A DNA stretch of 64,000 nucleotides, from positions 5,180 through 69,179 of the forward strand of contig CAYSHI010000304.1 of assembly GCA_964430745.1 (NCBI GenBank). Direction: 5' to 3'. Below are positions 28,392 through 38,447 of the stretch, in pieces. A program made the position numbers and the translations under genes. Position 1 is the stretch's first letter. Each line of letters begins with the position of its first letter. This DNA comes from an uncultured Acidobacteriota bacterium (GTDB taxonomy: Bacteria; Acidobacteriota; UBA890). The notes under the pieces are model-generated. The model saw only the letters and a list, made by a program, of their open reading frames with translations, ran no database searches and was not told the origin of the DNA.

Positions 28392-28476
28392 CCGCGCGGC
28401 GGTCAGCGCGACGCCACACCGGCCCGACGACGGATGCGTTCGAAGAGAGCCGGCCCGCTGGCCGGTTCCCCGGAGA

Positions 28477-28505
28477 GTTGACACTCCGGAACCGACTTGT
28501 TTAAA
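28477..28505 (+). promoter_or_regulatory. candidate sigma70-type promoter TTGACA-N17-TTAAAG(T)
   Basis: Perfect -35 hexamer, 17-bp spacer, weak -10; would drive a roughly 150-nt transcript ending at the terminator at 28626. Confidence 0.35.
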
Positions 28506-28512
28506 GTACGGC

Positions 28513-28660
28513 CGGAGTTCGACGCAGCGCTCAAACGCTCAGTCGACAGGCCGTAAACCCTCGGGATGGCACGGCGTTTTCCCCCGCCAACGCCCCCACG
28601 CCTGGTGGGACGAAGGCCTGTTCTCGTGGCTCACGGGCCCGCGCTCGTGAGCCACTTTTT
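28513..28660 (+). ncRNA. candidate small RNA or 5' leader, non-coding, ending in an intrinsic terminator
   Basis: No plausible ORF. Bounded upstream by a TTGACA promoter-like site and downstream by a perfect 10-bp stem gtggctcacg/cgtgagccac plus TTTTT. Internal complementary segments (cggccggag...caggccg). Confidence 0.3.
28626..28660 (+). terminator. intrinsic (Rho-independent) terminator
   Basis: Perfect 10-bp stem, 10-nt loop, followed by TTTTT. Confidence 0.65.
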
Positions 28661-28820
28661 CGTCCCCTCGAACTCCCCCGCTGAGCGGTAGTCGCCTCCC
28701 CGTAGAGCCAGTGGTACGCTTGACTCTACCGGCGCGCAGCCCCCCCCAACCGGCTCCTTCTCGCGACGGTTTCGTTGGGTCCGGCTGTTCATATCCTTCA
28801 CCGATTCGAGAGGCCAACCC

Positions 28821-30110
28821 GTGTTCGCAGACCGGTTACAGCTGCTTGGAACCGAAAACGCCTTCAAGCTCGCCGATCATATCGGCCGCGTCCAGGCGGA
28901 TGGTCAGACTGTCGTCAAACTGAACCTCGGGGAGCCGGATTTCGATGCCCCCGCACACGTCGCCGCCGAGGCCAAGGCGCAGATCGATGCCGGCAACGGC
29001 CACTACTGCCATCCCGCCGGAATCGAACCGCTTCGACGCGCCATCGCTCATCAGGTGAGCGAGACGCGGAGATTGGACATCGACTTCCGCCGCGTGGTCG
29101 CCCACCCGGGCGGCAAGCCGTCGATCGCCTACAGCATGCTGGCCTACGTCAATCCCGGCGATGAGGTCATCTACCCCAGCCCCGGCTTTCCGGTCTACGA
29201 GTCGTGGGTAACGTTCGTCGGCGCCAAGCCCGTGCCCATGCGGTTGAAGGAGTCCGCCGGCTTCGCCATGACGGCCGATGATCTCGCCGCGCTGATCACG
29301 GACAAGACGAAGGTAATCATTCTCAACTCACCCGCCAATCCGACGGGAGGCTTGATCGAGCCCGACGCCCTGGCGGAAATGGCGGCCGTCATTCGCGACA
29401 AGGCGCCCGCCGACGTGCGCGTCTACTCCGACGAGATCTACGAGAACATCCTCTTCGATGGACGCACGCACTCGAGCATCGCCTCCGAACCCGGCATGGA
29501 GCCGATCACGCTCATCGCCTCCGGGCACTCGAAGTCGTTCGCCATGACGGGGTGGCGCCTCGGATACGTCGTGCTGCCGACGATCGAGGAGGCCGAGATT
29601 TTCAAGAACTTCAACATCAACCTCATCTCGTGCACGCCCCCGTTCATCCAGGAGGCGGGCCGCGTGGCGTTGGAGAGCCCCGAGAGCGCCGCGGCGATCA
29701 ACAAGATGGTCGACGCCTTCGACTCGCGGCGTAAGGTCGTGGTCGAGACCCTCAACAACATACCGGGGATCTCCTGCATCATGCCCAAGGGCGCGTTCTA
29801 CGTCTTTCCGAACGTCGCCGGGGCGTGCGAATCGCTGGGGGCAATCGAAGCGTTCGAGAACCTCCCGGCCGACCAGCAGGCAAAATCGAGCCCGTCCACG
29901 CTGCTGCAGATGTTCGCCCTCTATCGCTACGGGGTCGCGACGATGGACCGGCCTTCGTTCTGCCGCATCGGTAGCGAGGGTGAGCACTACCTGCGCCTGA
30001 GCACGGCTACGGGCCTGGATCAACTGAGCGAGGGCCTTTCGAGACTCGAGGCCGCAGTCAACGATCCCGACGGATTCGCTGATTTCGTCGCGCAGGGAGT
30101 TCCCGCCTGA
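28821..30110 (+). CDS. PLP-dependent class I aminotransferase (aspartate/aromatic-type)
   Basis: 429 aa, GTG start; NSPANPTG motif; PLP-lysine region SGHSKSFAMTGWRLGY. Confidence 0.85.
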   Translation: MFADRLQLLGTENAFKLADHIGRVQADGQTVVKLNLGEPDFDAPAHVAAEAKAQIDAGNGHYCHPAGIEPLRRAIAHQVSETRRLDIDFRRVVAHPGGKPSIAYSMLAYVNPGDEVIYPSPGFPVYESWVTFVGAKPVPMRLKESAGFAMTADDLAALITDKTKVIILNSPANPTGGLIEPDALAEMAAVIRDKAPADVRVYSDEIYENILFDGRTHSSIASEPGMEPITLIASGHSKSFAMTGWRLGYVVLPTIEEAEIFKNFNINLISCTPPFIQEAGRVALESPESAAAINKMVDAFDSRRKVVVETLNNIPGISCIMPKGAFYVFPNVAGACESLGAIEAFENLPADQQAKSSPSTLLQMFALYRYGVATMDRPSFCRIGSEGEHYLRLSTATGLDQLSEGLSRLEAAVNDPDGFADFVAQGVPA

Positions 30111-30260
30111 CCGAGGGATCACGAGACGGCGAAGCGTAACGCATCGCAAGCACGTAGGATTGTGCGGGGTCCCGCATTGTCGCCGGGACCCCGCCCCGCC
30201 CACACCCCGAAGGCCCGATCTCGTCGCGAGGGTCCGGCGGTGCGCTGAACGGAGATCATC

Positions 30261-31292
30261 TTGAGCCTTGGGAAGGTATTCGTAACCCGTCGCATCCGCG
30301 AGGCCGGCCTCGACCTGCTGGCCGAAGCAGGCGCCGAGTTCCGTGTCTGGCCGGGAGCGGAAAACGAAGGCCCGACGCCGGAAGAGGTCATCGAGGGCGC
30401 GCGTTGGGCCGACGTGCTGCTGTCGCTCCTGACCGAGCCGATCGGCCGCGAGGTGATGGAAGCGAACCCCATGCTGCGCGGTGTCGCCCAGTTTTCGGTC
30501 GGCTACGACAACATCGATACGAACGCGGCCACAGAGCTCGGCCTCCCGGTGAGCAACACCCCCGGAGTGCTGACGGACACCACCGCTGATCTCACCTGGG
30601 CACTGCTGCTGGCAGCATCCCGCAACATCGTTTCCGGTGATCGCTACATGCGCGGGGGTCATTACAAGCTCTGGGGTCCGAACCTTCTGCTCGGCGAGGA
30701 CGCCTCGCCCGGCGGGGACGAGCGTCGCAAGGTCCTCGGCGTGATCGGTTTCGGACGAATCGGCCAGGCCGTGGCGCGCCGCGCGCAAGGGTTCGATATG
30801 GATGTACTGGCGTACGATCCTTACGCGCGCGACCAGATCGAAGCCGACGAGCAGGCCCAATGGGCCGATTTCGAGGCGTTGCTGGAGAGCTCGGATTTCA
30901 TCACCATCCACACGCTGCTGAGCGAGGAAACGCGACACCTCATCGACGCCGCAGCGTTCGAGAAGATGAAACGGTCTGCATACATCGTCAATGCCGCCCG
31001 GGGTCCGATCATCGATGAGGCAGCGCTGGTGGAGGCTTTGAACTCCGGACAGATAGCGGGCGCCGGGTTGGACGTTTACGAACGGGAGCCGGAAATGGTC
31101 GCGGGCCTGGCGGCCTGCGGAAACGCCGTGCTGCTACCACACCTGGGGAGCGCGAGTCGGGGCACCCGAGACAAGATGGCAACCATGGCCGCCGACAACG
31201 TCCTCGCCATGCTGCGCGACGAGAAGGCGCCGAACTGCGTCAATCCGGAAGTCTACGAAACGGCCGCCTACGCCGGGCGAAGAGTTACCTGA
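30261..31292 (+). CDS. D-isomer-specific 2-hydroxyacid dehydrogenase (glyoxylate/hydroxypyruvate reductase-like)
   Basis: 343 aa, TTG start; NAD-binding GVIGFGRIG; catalytic region IVNAARG...D; HLGSA C-terminal motif. Confidence 0.85.
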   Translation: MSLGKVFVTRRIREAGLDLLAEAGAEFRVWPGAENEGPTPEEVIEGARWADVLLSLLTEPIGREVMEANPMLRGVAQFSVGYDNIDTNAATELGLPVSNTPGVLTDTTADLTWALLLAASRNIVSGDRYMRGGHYKLWGPNLLLGEDASPGGDERRKVLGVIGFGRIGQAVARRAQGFDMDVLAYDPYARDQIEADEQAQWADFEALLESSDFITIHTLLSEETRHLIDAAAFEKMKRSAYIVNAARGPIIDEAALVEALNSGQIAGAGLDVYEREPEMVAGLAACGNAVLLPHLGSASRGTRDKMATMAADNVLAMLRDEKAPNCVNPEVYETAAYAGRRVT

Positions 31293-31330
31293 CCCGTTAG
31301 ACTCCCAGCGAGATAACAAGAGGGGAAAAC

Positions 31331-31708
31331 GTGCGCTTCAAGGAGTCGGAAATCGATAACGCAATGCACCTGCGCGCCGGCGGACTCGCCTGGGGTCCTG
31401 AACCGGGCCACTATGTGTTCGACATCAACGGCGTAGTGCGGGCCGGGTCGCCGTTTCAAGCCGGGATCTTCTTGATCCACAGCACCAATACGTTCGAGGC
31501 CATGGTCGGCGGGCAAGACGAGATGTTCGAGAACTTCGTCTGGCTGCCTACCTGGGAGGACTGTCGCACCTGGCTCAAGGAGAAAGAAGTGTCGGACGAG
31601 CGCGTCCTCGCGGCATGGAAGCGTGGTTGCGACGCGGGCCTGAGCGATCGCGAGGCGCTGTACGCCCTCATCGCGAAGGTTCTGGAAGGGAGCGTCACGG
31701 CGAAATGA
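31331..31708 (+). CDS. hypothetical protein (125 aa)
   Basis: GTG start; stop overlaps downstream lipoprotein start (ATGA); no recognised motif. Confidence 0.4.
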   Translation: MRFKESEIDNAMHLRAGGLAWGPEPGHYVFDINGVVRAGSPFQAGIFLIHSTNTFEAMVGGQDEMFENFVWLPTWEDCRTWLKEKEVSDERVLAAWKRGCDAGLSDREALYALIAKVLEGSVTAK

Positions 31709-32607
31709 CGCGGAGCCTCGCGTTCATCTTGCTGCTTGCTCTCGCGGCGCAAGGCTGTGGAGAGACGCCGCGACAGTTCCGCCCACTACCCTCGGCGCTC
31801 GGTGATATCCGTGGCGTGGCGATGGGGTTCGAGAGGCTCCTGCCACTGGGCCCCCAGGAAGGCATCTATGCCGGCTGGATCAGGCTCGACAACGGCGACG
31901 TCGTGGGCCTCGGCACATTCAACGTCAACGCCGCGGGCCAACCGATCAACAGCGAAGGTCAGGTCATCGACCGCTTCAGCAGCGGGGTCAGCCTGTTCAA
32001 CTCGGTCAGCATCGTCATCACGGTCGAGCCCACCGGAGGAGCGGGCCCTGACGCCGGCGGCGGGGCCATCCTGCAGGGGCCCTTCCTCGACGGCATCGCG
32101 GAGCTCAGAGTTCCGGCACCGCTGTTCATCGAGCAAGCCTCTGGAAGCTACCGCGTATTCACGCCCACCGACGGACCCGACACGAACGAAAACTCCGGCG
32201 TCTGGAGCGTCGACACCGACGGCAACCCGACCCTCTTGCTACCGCCGCTCAACAACGTCTATTCGTACGAGGCCTACATGGTCATCGACGGGCAGCCGGT
32301 GACGATGGGTCGCTTCCTCTTTTCGGACCGAGCCGATTTCATCAATTTCTTCAGTGGACCGGAGCCGGCCCCCGATGTTCCCGGTGAAGACTTCCTCCAG
32401 AACGCCCCGGGAGGCCTCGTGTTTCCCACCGACCTGTCGGGGACGACGTTGCTTCTGACCCTCGAGCCGACCTTCGATGATACGGTCGACCCTTCACAGC
32501 TGGTGGTGTTGGAGGCGGTGATGCCGGCGGGCCTCCAGGGAGGCGAAACGGTCGCGTTGACCAACCGCACGGGGAGTTTCCCCACCGGAACGGCGGCGAT
32601 CTTCTGA
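31705..32607 (+). CDS. hypothetical lipoprotein
   Basis: Lipobox ...LLALAAQGC; Gly/Asp/Thr-rich, probably beta-rich periplasmic protein; translationally coupled on both sides. Confidence 0.5.
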   Translation: MTRSLAFILLLALAAQGCGETPRQFRPLPSALGDIRGVAMGFERLLPLGPQEGIYAGWIRLDNGDVVGLGTFNVNAAGQPINSEGQVIDRFSSGVSLFNSVSIVITVEPTGGAGPDAGGGAILQGPFLDGIAELRVPAPLFIEQASGSYRVFTPTDGPDTNENSGVWSVDTDGNPTLLLPPLNNVYSYEAYMVIDGQPVTMGRFLFSDRADFINFFSGPEPAPDVPGEDFLQNAPGGLVFPTDLSGTTLLLTLEPTFDDTVDPSQLVVLEAVMPAGLQGGETVALTNRTGSFPTGTAAIF

Positions 32608-33350
32608 TGCGACACGCAGACAGCCGAAACCGAAGGCGCCCGCGCCCCCAAACCTTGGTGCTGTTGGCCGCCGGACTCGCGGTGTGCGCCGGGCTGCCGT
32701 CAGAGGCCCATGCCGGGACGACGGCGTTCGTCGGCCTCGGTCGCATGGCGACCGCGGTGATCTCTCCTCCTGCTCCCGAGCCAACGACTCCGGAGCCGAC
32801 CGCGCCGGAAGTGGCGCAGCAGGAGGAAGGCCAACGGGAAGCTCCGCCGTTCACCGACCCTGCCTCCGGCGCCGTGTTTTCGATCTTCGGCGGATCCGTT
32901 TTTTCCGGGTCGAGCGCGTTTCAGACGGGCGCGGCACTCGCCTACTTCTTCGGTGAGAAGGCGACCTTCGGGTTCGAGGTGGAAGGCAACTTCGTCTTCG
33001 GCCCGGGCGGCAGAGTAGGCCAAGTGATGGGGAGCTTCGTCGTTCAGACCGGCGCCCGCACTTCCAAGTTCGTGCCTTACATCGCGGGCGGCGCCGGCTA
33101 CCTGACTGCTACCTCGAAGCTACCGGACGCTACTCAGGCGGTGCTCGACGACCTCGGCGTCGTCCGGGAGCCGGAAACGGAGCGGGCACCCTTCGTGCAC
33201 TTCGGCGGCGGGCTGCGCTTTTACATCAAGCCCACAGTGGCCTTCCGTGCCGACGTGCGCTTCGCCCAGGTCGCGCTTGACCTCAGGGTCGTAGGAAGAA
33301 GCAACTACCCGATGCGCCGGATTGCCGGGATGCTGAGCTGGGATTTCTGA
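32607..33350 (+). CDS. outer-membrane beta-barrel protein
   Basis: Signal peptide ...SEAHAGT; Pro-rich linker; amphipathic beta-strands; C-terminal ...MLSWDF terminal Phe. Confidence 0.5.
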   Translation: MRHADSRNRRRPRPQTLVLLAAGLAVCAGLPSEAHAGTTAFVGLGRMATAVISPPAPEPTTPEPTAPEVAQQEEGQREAPPFTDPASGAVFSIFGGSVFSGSSAFQTGAALAYFFGEKATFGFEVEGNFVFGPGGRVGQVMGSFVVQTGARTSKFVPYIAGGAGYLTATSKLPDATQAVLDDLGVVREPETERAPFVHFGGGLRFYIKPTVAFRADVRFAQVALDLRVVGRSNYPMRRIAGMLSWDF

Positions 33351-33393
33351 GGCAAGGGTCGCTCGGGCCGTTGGTGCGGGCCGGGTCTTCGCG

Positions 33394-33521
33394 TCGAGAA
33401 AAGTGACGGACGAGCGGCCGCCGGACCGGCCGCCGGCCTGGGAGTCGAGCGAGGGGTCCCCTGGTTTTTCCCCTTCCGTCCAACGGTCATCCCATTTGGC
33501 GAGCCGGCCCGACCGCCGCTC
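33394..33521. repeat. perfect 16-bp inverted repeat gtgacggacgagcggc / gccgctcgtccgtcac with 96-bp spacer, between convergent genes
   Basis: Exact reverse complements; the spacer is itself GC-rich and partially self-complementary. Confidence 0.4.
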
Positions 33522-33757
33522 GTCCGTCACGCCCATCATAGTTAGCAAGCGCGATGCCAAACCGGGGGCGGCGCTGCTGCTCGCGCTCTCGCAAGGAGCC
33601 GAAACCTCCGTAGACGTGGCCTCGGGCCCGCTACGGGTCCTCGAAAAACGAAACTTCGGGCACCGAGAGACCTCGCCACGTGTCCGAAGAGCGGCAAGTG
33701 TCCGCATGTCGACGCCCGCCGGCGGTCACATCGTGGGATGGGAATGACGCTATGTCG

Positions 33758-35296
33758 TCATTCTGGTGCGTCGTGCTCGCCGATGCCGTATCGACGCAAC
33801 TTGTGATAGAGCGACGTACGCGGGATCCCGAGCAACTCGGCCGCGCGCGACTTGTTGCCTCCGCTGACCGCCAGAGCGCGGCGGATGTGCGCCTCGACCA
33901 GTCGATCCAGCGGAACGACCGACGAGTCATCCGGAGCCGTCACGGAGCCCTCCGATGGGTCCGGATCCGGGCGCGACTCGGCCGGGCCGGGCGGCGAAGC
34001 GAGCGGTCGGCCGGAGAGTGACGGCGCCAGATCGGTCACCTGCACGGCGTCGCTTTCGGCGAGCACCGCCGCCCGGTGGACGGCGTTGCGCAGCTCGCGC
34101 ACGTTCCCCGGCCAGTCGTGTTCCTGGAGCTTTCGCAGTGCCGGCGCCGTGAATCTTTCCGGACCGCGGCCGTTCGCAAGCCGAAACGCGCGCAGGAAAT
34201 GCTCCGCCAGCAGGGGAACATCTTCCACGCGCGCCCGCAACGGCGGGACGCGCACGTCGAAAACGTTGAGACGAAACAGGAGGTCCTCGCGGAAGCTCCC
34301 CGCGGCAACGAGGTCGGGCAGGTCCTGATTGCTGGCCGCGATGATGCGAACGTCGATGCGCCGGGTGCCCCGTTCCTCTCCGACCTTCTGAACCTCGCCC
34401 TGCTCGAGGACCCGCAACAGCATCACCTGGAGCCTTGGGCTCATCGACTCGACCTCGTCGAGAAACAGGGTGCCGCCGTCGGCCAGCTCGAGCTTTCCGG
34501 CCTTGTCGCGATGCGCCCCCGTGAAGGCGCCGCGGACGTGCCCGAAGAGCTCCGACGCAAGCAACTCTTCCGCGAAGGCGCCGCAATTGACGATGAGTAA
34601 CTCCTGGTCGCGCCGGCTGGAAAAATAGTGGATGGCGTGGGCCAACAGCTCCTTGCCGACGCCGCTCTCACCCGTCAGCAGCACAGGCTCGCGCGTCGGC
34701 GCCACACGTTTGACAAGGGTCTCGATGTTGCGGATGGCGTCGGAGATGCCGACGATCTCCACGTTGTAGCCGCGTCTACGCGAGAACTCCGAAAGCCACT
34801 GCCGGGAGACGAACAAGGACACCGCCTCGGCAAGGTCCTCGAGACGGCCCTGATGCTCGGCATCGTAATGACCGAGCTGCAGCGACTCGACGGAAAGCAC
34901 GCCGATGGGCTTTCCCTGCAGGCGAATCGGCACCGCGAGATTTGCTCGTGCCCCTTTGAAGGCACGGAAATAGTAGGGATCCTTCGCCACATCGTTGGCC
35001 AGGTACGGCTCGTTGTTGCGATAGACCCAGGTGATGATCCCGGGTGATTCCTTGTCCTGGGCGAGCAGATTGGGCAGCTCGTCCAGCAACTCGCCTTCCT
35101 CGTGGGCCGAGACCACGCGTACTTCGTCGTTTTCCTGTTCGAGGACGTAAATGCTCCCGAAGTCGCTGCCGGTCAGCTTGCGCGCGACGTCCACGAAATC
35201 GGCCATGATCCCCTTGACCGTCTGATCCCGCCGCGGCCAGCCGTCGACAACGATCTTGTGGAGGATCTCCTGAGAAAGCGCGGTCGCTCGGGTCAT
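33758..35296 (-). CDS. sigma54-dependent transcriptional activator with N-terminal GAF domain
   Basis: Start at internal ATG 35296 (the 50 aa upstream in track ORF are an extension); GAF-like N-terminus; GESGVGKE, GAFTGA, Fis-type HTH C-terminus. Confidence 0.9.
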   Translation of the reverse strand: MTRATALSQEILHKIVVDGWPRRDQTVKGIMADFVDVARKLTGSDFGSIYVLEQENDEVRVVSAHEEGELLDELPNLLAQDKESPGIITWVYRNNEPYLANDVAKDPYYFRAFKGARANLAVPIRLQGKPIGVLSVESLQLGHYDAEHQGRLEDLAEAVSLFVSRQWLSEFSRRRGYNVEIVGISDAIRNIETLVKRVAPTREPVLLTGESGVGKELLAHAIHYFSSRRDQELLIVNCGAFAEELLASELFGHVRGAFTGAHRDKAGKLELADGGTLFLDEVESMSPRLQVMLLRVLEQGEVQKVGEERGTRRIDVRIIAASNQDLPDLVAAGSFREDLLFRLNVFDVRVPPLRARVEDVPLLAEHFLRAFRLANGRGPERFTAPALRKLQEHDWPGNVRELRNAVHRAAVLAESDAVQVTDLAPSLSGRPLASPPGPAESRPDPDPSEGSVTAPDDSSVVPLDRLVEAHIRRALAVSGGNKSRAAELLGIPRTSLYHKLRRYGIGEHDAPE

Positions 35297-35300
35297 GGGC

Positions 35301-36737
35301 TCATTGTAGTGGGGCGGTCGCGTCTCGAGGGACGCTCGGTGGGCCGTCAACGCGAAACTGATACGACGATGGATACCAGTGCAACGCCCACGACTCGAGG
35401 ATATTGCTTCCGAGTACGGCGATCGGAGCGACACCCCCATCGACACCCCACCCGGCCAGCGAGGCCGGACGCCAGGAGACGTCGGAGCGCCATGCTCCCA
35501 GCATCAGATTCGCCGGCGCCGAATTGCTCCCCGGAAGCACCTCGAAGGAGTCGGAGTCCAACCGTGAGGTCTCGCCCGGATCGATCCCCGCGGCGACGAC
35601 AGCGTCGGACACGCGGGGAAACAAGAGCACCTGTGTCCCCACGCCTTCGCGCGCCACCCGCGCCCTCAACCAGGCGAGCGTGGAGCCGGTCAACGGGGCG
35701 GAAAGCGAGTCGACGTCGGCGGCACGAGGGGGCGGGGCGATGATCAGTTGGGCGCGCAGCGGGAGCAGCGTCCAGCGCGCACCGACCAGCAGATCAGCCC
35801 CGATCACGCCGTCAACCCCGGGCGGCGCGTCCGCGACGGCGACCACGACGCTGCGCACGGAGAGGTCACCGAAATCCACTGAGGGAATCGCCACCTGGCG
35901 TGACGAGAGAATCGAGGGCCAGCGAGATGTCGCAGCTCTGCCGCCCCCGGGCGCTCCATCAACCGGCAACCCAACCGCGCGGACAAGCTCCTCGGAGATC
36001 AGGCTCTGACGAAACGTGAGGTCGAGCTTCAACCGGGCTGCGCTACCTGAGACGACCGCTTCCACCGCCCAGCCTCCGCCTTCCAGCGGATGCATCGGGA
36101 GGATCTCGGGCCCACCCGTCCACTGCTGCGGCGGGCCTTCGATTCGAGCGGCTGCCGCTCCCATAGCGTCCGCGGCCCGGCCCCGCGAAGTCCCACGCTC
36201 CGCGGCTCCCCAGGCGAGCATCTCGCGTCCGGCCGCGGCGGCGTCTCCAGCCACCCAGGCCGCGCTGGCGAGCACCGCGTGCGCGACTCCGGCTCCCTCC
36301 TCGGCGGCCAATCCCGCTCGCGCCATTTCGACGGCGGTACTCCAATCGGCCGCGCTCGCCCGCGCCACCGCCACGCCGACGTGTCCCTCGACGAGGCCGG
36401 CCTCCAGAGCACGGCGGAAGTGAGTCTCCGCACTGCGCACGGCGCCGTTGCGCCATAGCGCCCAGCCGTATACCAGGTCTGCCTGCGGTCCGCTGTATTG
36501 TCGCTGCAGCAGTTCGGCGCGCGTCAGCGCCTGCCGGACCCGATCCTGTTCGAGCAACGTACGGACTTCGCTGATCGACGGAGCCAACGTTCCGGCGTCG
36601 GCAGCGAACTCGAACCTACACCCCCCCAGCATCGCGCAAAGGGTGCCAACGATGATCAGTGTCCGGCCCGGGCTTCGGGCCCGGCCATTTTCACTTTCCC
36701 CGCGCGATGGTATATTCACGCCGATAGGGATCTCCAT
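35301..36737 (-). CDS. hypothetical lipoprotein with TPR-like N-terminal region
   Basis: Lipobox-like LIIVGTLCAMLGGC; Ala-rich helical repeats; C-terminal beta-rich domain. The true start may lie downstream of the annotated ATG. Confidence 0.45.
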   Translation of the reverse strand: MEIPIGVNIPSRGESENGRARSPGRTLIIVGTLCAMLGGCRFEFAADAGTLAPSISEVRTLLEQDRVRQALTRAELLQRQYSGPQADLVYGWALWRNGAVRSAETHFRRALEAGLVEGHVGVAVARASAADWSTAVEMARAGLAAEEGAGVAHAVLASAAWVAGDAAAAGREMLAWGAAERGTSRGRAADAMGAAAARIEGPPQQWTGGPEILPMHPLEGGGWAVEAVVSGSAARLKLDLTFRQSLISEELVRAVGLPVDGAPGGGRAATSRWPSILSSRQVAIPSVDFGDLSVRSVVVAVADAPPGVDGVIGADLLVGARWTLLPLRAQLIIAPPPRAADVDSLSAPLTGSTLAWLRARVAREGVGTQVLLFPRVSDAVVAAGIDPGETSRLDSDSFEVLPGSNSAPANLMLGAWRSDVSWRPASLAGWGVDGGVAPIAVLGSNILESWALHWYPSSYQFRVDGPPSVPRDATAPLQ

Positions 36738-36978
36738 GAAGCTGCGTAACTACATCACGCGCTGGCAGGAATTTCGTGAATGGTCGGAGACCAACCGACC
36801 CGAAATCATTTCGGATGTGGAGAGCCTGGGCCACGAGCTCCGGCATTCCATCGAAGCCTACCGTCAGGCCAGGGGGCCTGAAGAGCGGCAGGACACGATG
36901 GATTCGATCAAAGCCTACTACGACGAAGTTGTTGAGTGGCATATGCGCGAGATCATCGCGAAACTCGACAACGTTTAG
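36736..36978 (+). CDS. small hypothetical protein (80 aa), lower GC than surroundings
   Basis: ATG overlaps the divergent gene start; -10-like TATATT about 25 bp upstream; Trp/Glu-rich; no known motif. Confidence 0.35.
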   Translation: MKLRNYITRWQEFREWSETNRPEIISDVESLGHELRHSIEAYRQARGPEERQDTMDSIKAYYDEVVEWHMREIIAKLDNV

Positions 36979-37067
36979 GCCATCATCGCTCCCATTGTCG
37001 CGAATCCGACAGCTTAGAACCTTGACTGCAGCCTTGTAGGTGGGCTTCGGCCGAAGACCGTAAAGCA

Positions 37068-38090
37068 GTGGACGGCCTGGCGAAGGACAACGAGGCAGGA
37101 GTCGAGGACGACTTCGACACGATCGCTCGACTCGCGAGCGACTTTCGTGCATCCCGTGTTGTGCTGACGGCCGTCGAGCTGAATCTCTTTTCGCTTCTCG
37201 GAACCGAACGGCTGCAGACGGAGACCCTTGCGCGGCGCGCACACGCGCAAGAGCGCGGTGTCGAGCTGCTCGCAAACGCCCTCGTCGGACTCGGGCTCCT
37301 ATCGCTCGATGAGCATGGATACGCGTGCACCCCGTCGTCTCGCCGCTATCTCGACGAAACTTCTCCCGACTACCGGGGCCGTGTCATCCGGCTGGCGAGC
37401 TGGTGGTGGACACGCTGGTCGGATCTGACCGACATCGTCCGCAACGGAAACGCGCCCGACGGCCCTCCGACGGAGATGCTGGAAGATTTCACCCTCGCCA
37501 TGCAACAGGGCAAACCGCGGGCCGGCTCCCTGTTGGCAGAGAAGCTCGACCTCCACGGAGTATCGCGAATCGTTGATCTCGGCGGCGGACCGGGAGCCTT
37601 CGCGGAAGCTCTGGCGGCGACGTTGCCGGAAGCGCAGATCGTGGTCGTCGACAGACCCGAGGTCATCGACATCGCTCGGCGCCACCTGCCGGCGAGCCTC
37701 CTCGACCGGCGAATCGTCTTCGTCGCCCATGATTTCGTCAACGAAGGAATCCCCCTCGCCGGCGACGCGCCGGCTCCCTACGACCTGGCAATACTCTCGT
37801 CGGTTGTCCACCTCCTCGGCGAGGAAGAAAACGCTGCTCTGCTGAAGCGGGTGCGCGACGCTCTCGCCCCCGGCGGGCGCATCGCAATTCGCGACTTCCT
37901 CGTCGACGAAAAGGGTGTCGCCCCGCTCGACGCTGCTTTGCTCGCGGTCACGATGCTCGTTTCGAGCCGTCGAGGGCGTTGCTACAGCTTCGCCCGCATC
38001 AAGGAATGGCTCCACGCGGCCGGGTTCGGCGAGGTGGAGAAGAGCGAATTCGACGGACCGGCAGTGTTGATCACGGCCCGCCGTGCGTAG
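37068..38090 (+). CDS. class I SAM-dependent O-methyltransferase with N-terminal dimerisation domain
   Basis: 340 aa; SAM motif VDLGGGPGAF; architecture of plant/actinomycete-type small-molecule OMTs (CrtF/ASMT-like). Confidence 0.8.
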   Translation: MDGLAKDNEAGVEDDFDTIARLASDFRASRVVLTAVELNLFSLLGTERLQTETLARRAHAQERGVELLANALVGLGLLSLDEHGYACTPSSRRYLDETSPDYRGRVIRLASWWWTRWSDLTDIVRNGNAPDGPPTEMLEDFTLAMQQGKPRAGSLLAEKLDLHGVSRIVDLGGGPGAFAEALAATLPEAQIVVVDRPEVIDIARRHLPASLLDRRIVFVAHDFVNEGIPLAGDAPAPYDLAILSSVVHLLGEEENAALLKRVRDALAPGGRIAIRDFLVDEKGVAPLDAALLAVTMLVSSRRGRCYSFARIKEWLHAAGFGEVEKSEFDGPAVLITARRA

Positions 38091-38427
38091 CCGCGGCACC
38101 GCTTTCTGCACCGACGTACGCCCACGCCGAAACCTCGCGCGCCGACAGGACCGTCTTCACCTGTAGGCTCAGACGCTCGTATTCGCCATCCTCGGTGTTT
38201 TCGAACGCGTCCAGCTTGGCGATGTCGGACGGCTCGATGCCTTCGAGCAAGAGGCCGACGATCATCGCGCCAGCCTGCGCGACGGCCCGGAAACAGCCCG
38301 TCTCCGGCGTCATGCGGCGCGAGAATCCTCCCAGCACCGCGGGCTCGGACGGCGGCACGCGTCCGAGAACCTGGCGCAGGACCGGAGGTTTGCACAGCTC
38401 ACCGTAGACGAACAGGCTCGTCGGCAC
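38071..38427 (-). CDS. gamma-glutamylcyclotransferase-like (AIG2/GGCT fold) protein
   Basis: LFVYGEL motif near N-terminus; start assigned to in-frame GTG at 38427, the rest of track ORF 38071..38946 being a spurious extension; 3' end overlaps the convergent OMT gene by 20 bp. Confidence 0.5.
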   Translation of the reverse strand: MPTSLFVYGELCKPPVLRQVLGRVPPSEPAVLGGFSRRMTPETGCFRAVAQAGAMIVGLLLEGIEPSDIAKLDAFENTEDGEYERLSLQVKTVLSAREVSAWAYVGAESGAAATHGGP

Positions 38428-38447
38428 TCGAAACTCCGTTGCCCGAG

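Noticed and set aside
28548-28565. sigma54-like string TGGCACGgcgtTTTCC
   Set aside because: The -12 element is TTTCC rather than TTGC (the critical GC is missing). Similar partial TGGCAC matches at 26257 and 17345 also lack the -12 GC
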